DNA of 13,205 nucleotides from the IMG/VR virus record IMGVR_UViG_2671180849_000011, one strand, 5' to 3'. Made by a program: the position numbers and the translations under genes. Source of the DNA: a virus (lineage: Duplodnaviria > Heunggongvirae > Uroviricota > Caudoviricetes). The notes beneath the pieces are model-generated. The model ran no database searches and had not been told where the DNA came from. It saw only the letters and a program-made list of their open reading frames with translations. Numbering within the stretch: position 1 is the first letter of the stretch; the number at the start of each line of letters is the position of its first letter. Shown here one piece after another: positions 13,006-13,205 of this stretch.

Positions 13006-13205
13006 TACACCACAAATCAGCCCCTTTCCACTTCTTTTCTCGCGATTGGTCCCTTGTGAGAATCCTTTATCAGGTATGCATTGTCCCGTGCATGAGCGGT
13101 CGATAGAGCCAGCCTCTTTCCCGGACTGGTTAGGATTTAGTGCGCTGAGAGAGCGCCGCTATCACTGTTAGCCTGTTTATCGTTGCCTGGTTTGTGCATC
13201 ACTGC

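Overview
This 13.2-kb window reads as a mosaic phage-derived region (prophage, phage satellite or phage-plasmid-like). All protein calls come from reading the translations by eye and need HMM/BLAST confirmation; no tRNA, rRNA, CRISPR array, integrase or transposase was recognised. Layout: (1) a leftward (- strand) block from about 5808 to 266: palindromic promoter/operator, a GTG-initiated 49-aa membrane micro-ORF, seven small genes that look AT-richer than their neighbours (71, 298, 48, 161, 147, 127, 61 aa), then a 708-aa tape-measure-like protein and a terminator. (2) About 2.1 kb with no credible ORF (5810-7965) holding at least four direct-repeat families, i.e. origin/partition-like DNA. 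(3) A second leftward block 9040->7968: tandem hydrophobic micro-ORFs, an 86-aa HTH protein, a 176-aa polytopic membrane protein, terminator. (4) A rightward block: a perfect-consensus sigma70 promoter whose -10 sits inside a LexA-type box (9337-9373), a ~470-nt leader, a head-decoration-like gene and a lambda gpE-family major capsid gene closed by a strong terminator, then three genes of unknown function. The three observations I rank highest are a candidate ~90-nt sRNA (125-215) whose 5' end is antisense to a 15-nt element sitting 12 nt upstream of two leftward start codons; the SOS-box promoter in front of capsid genes with no portal/terminase/protease upstream; and the iteron-rich ORF-free region. 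I could not identify an enzymatic defence system; the candidate novel modules are the sRNA-linked membrane/peptide operon and the AT-rich cassette.
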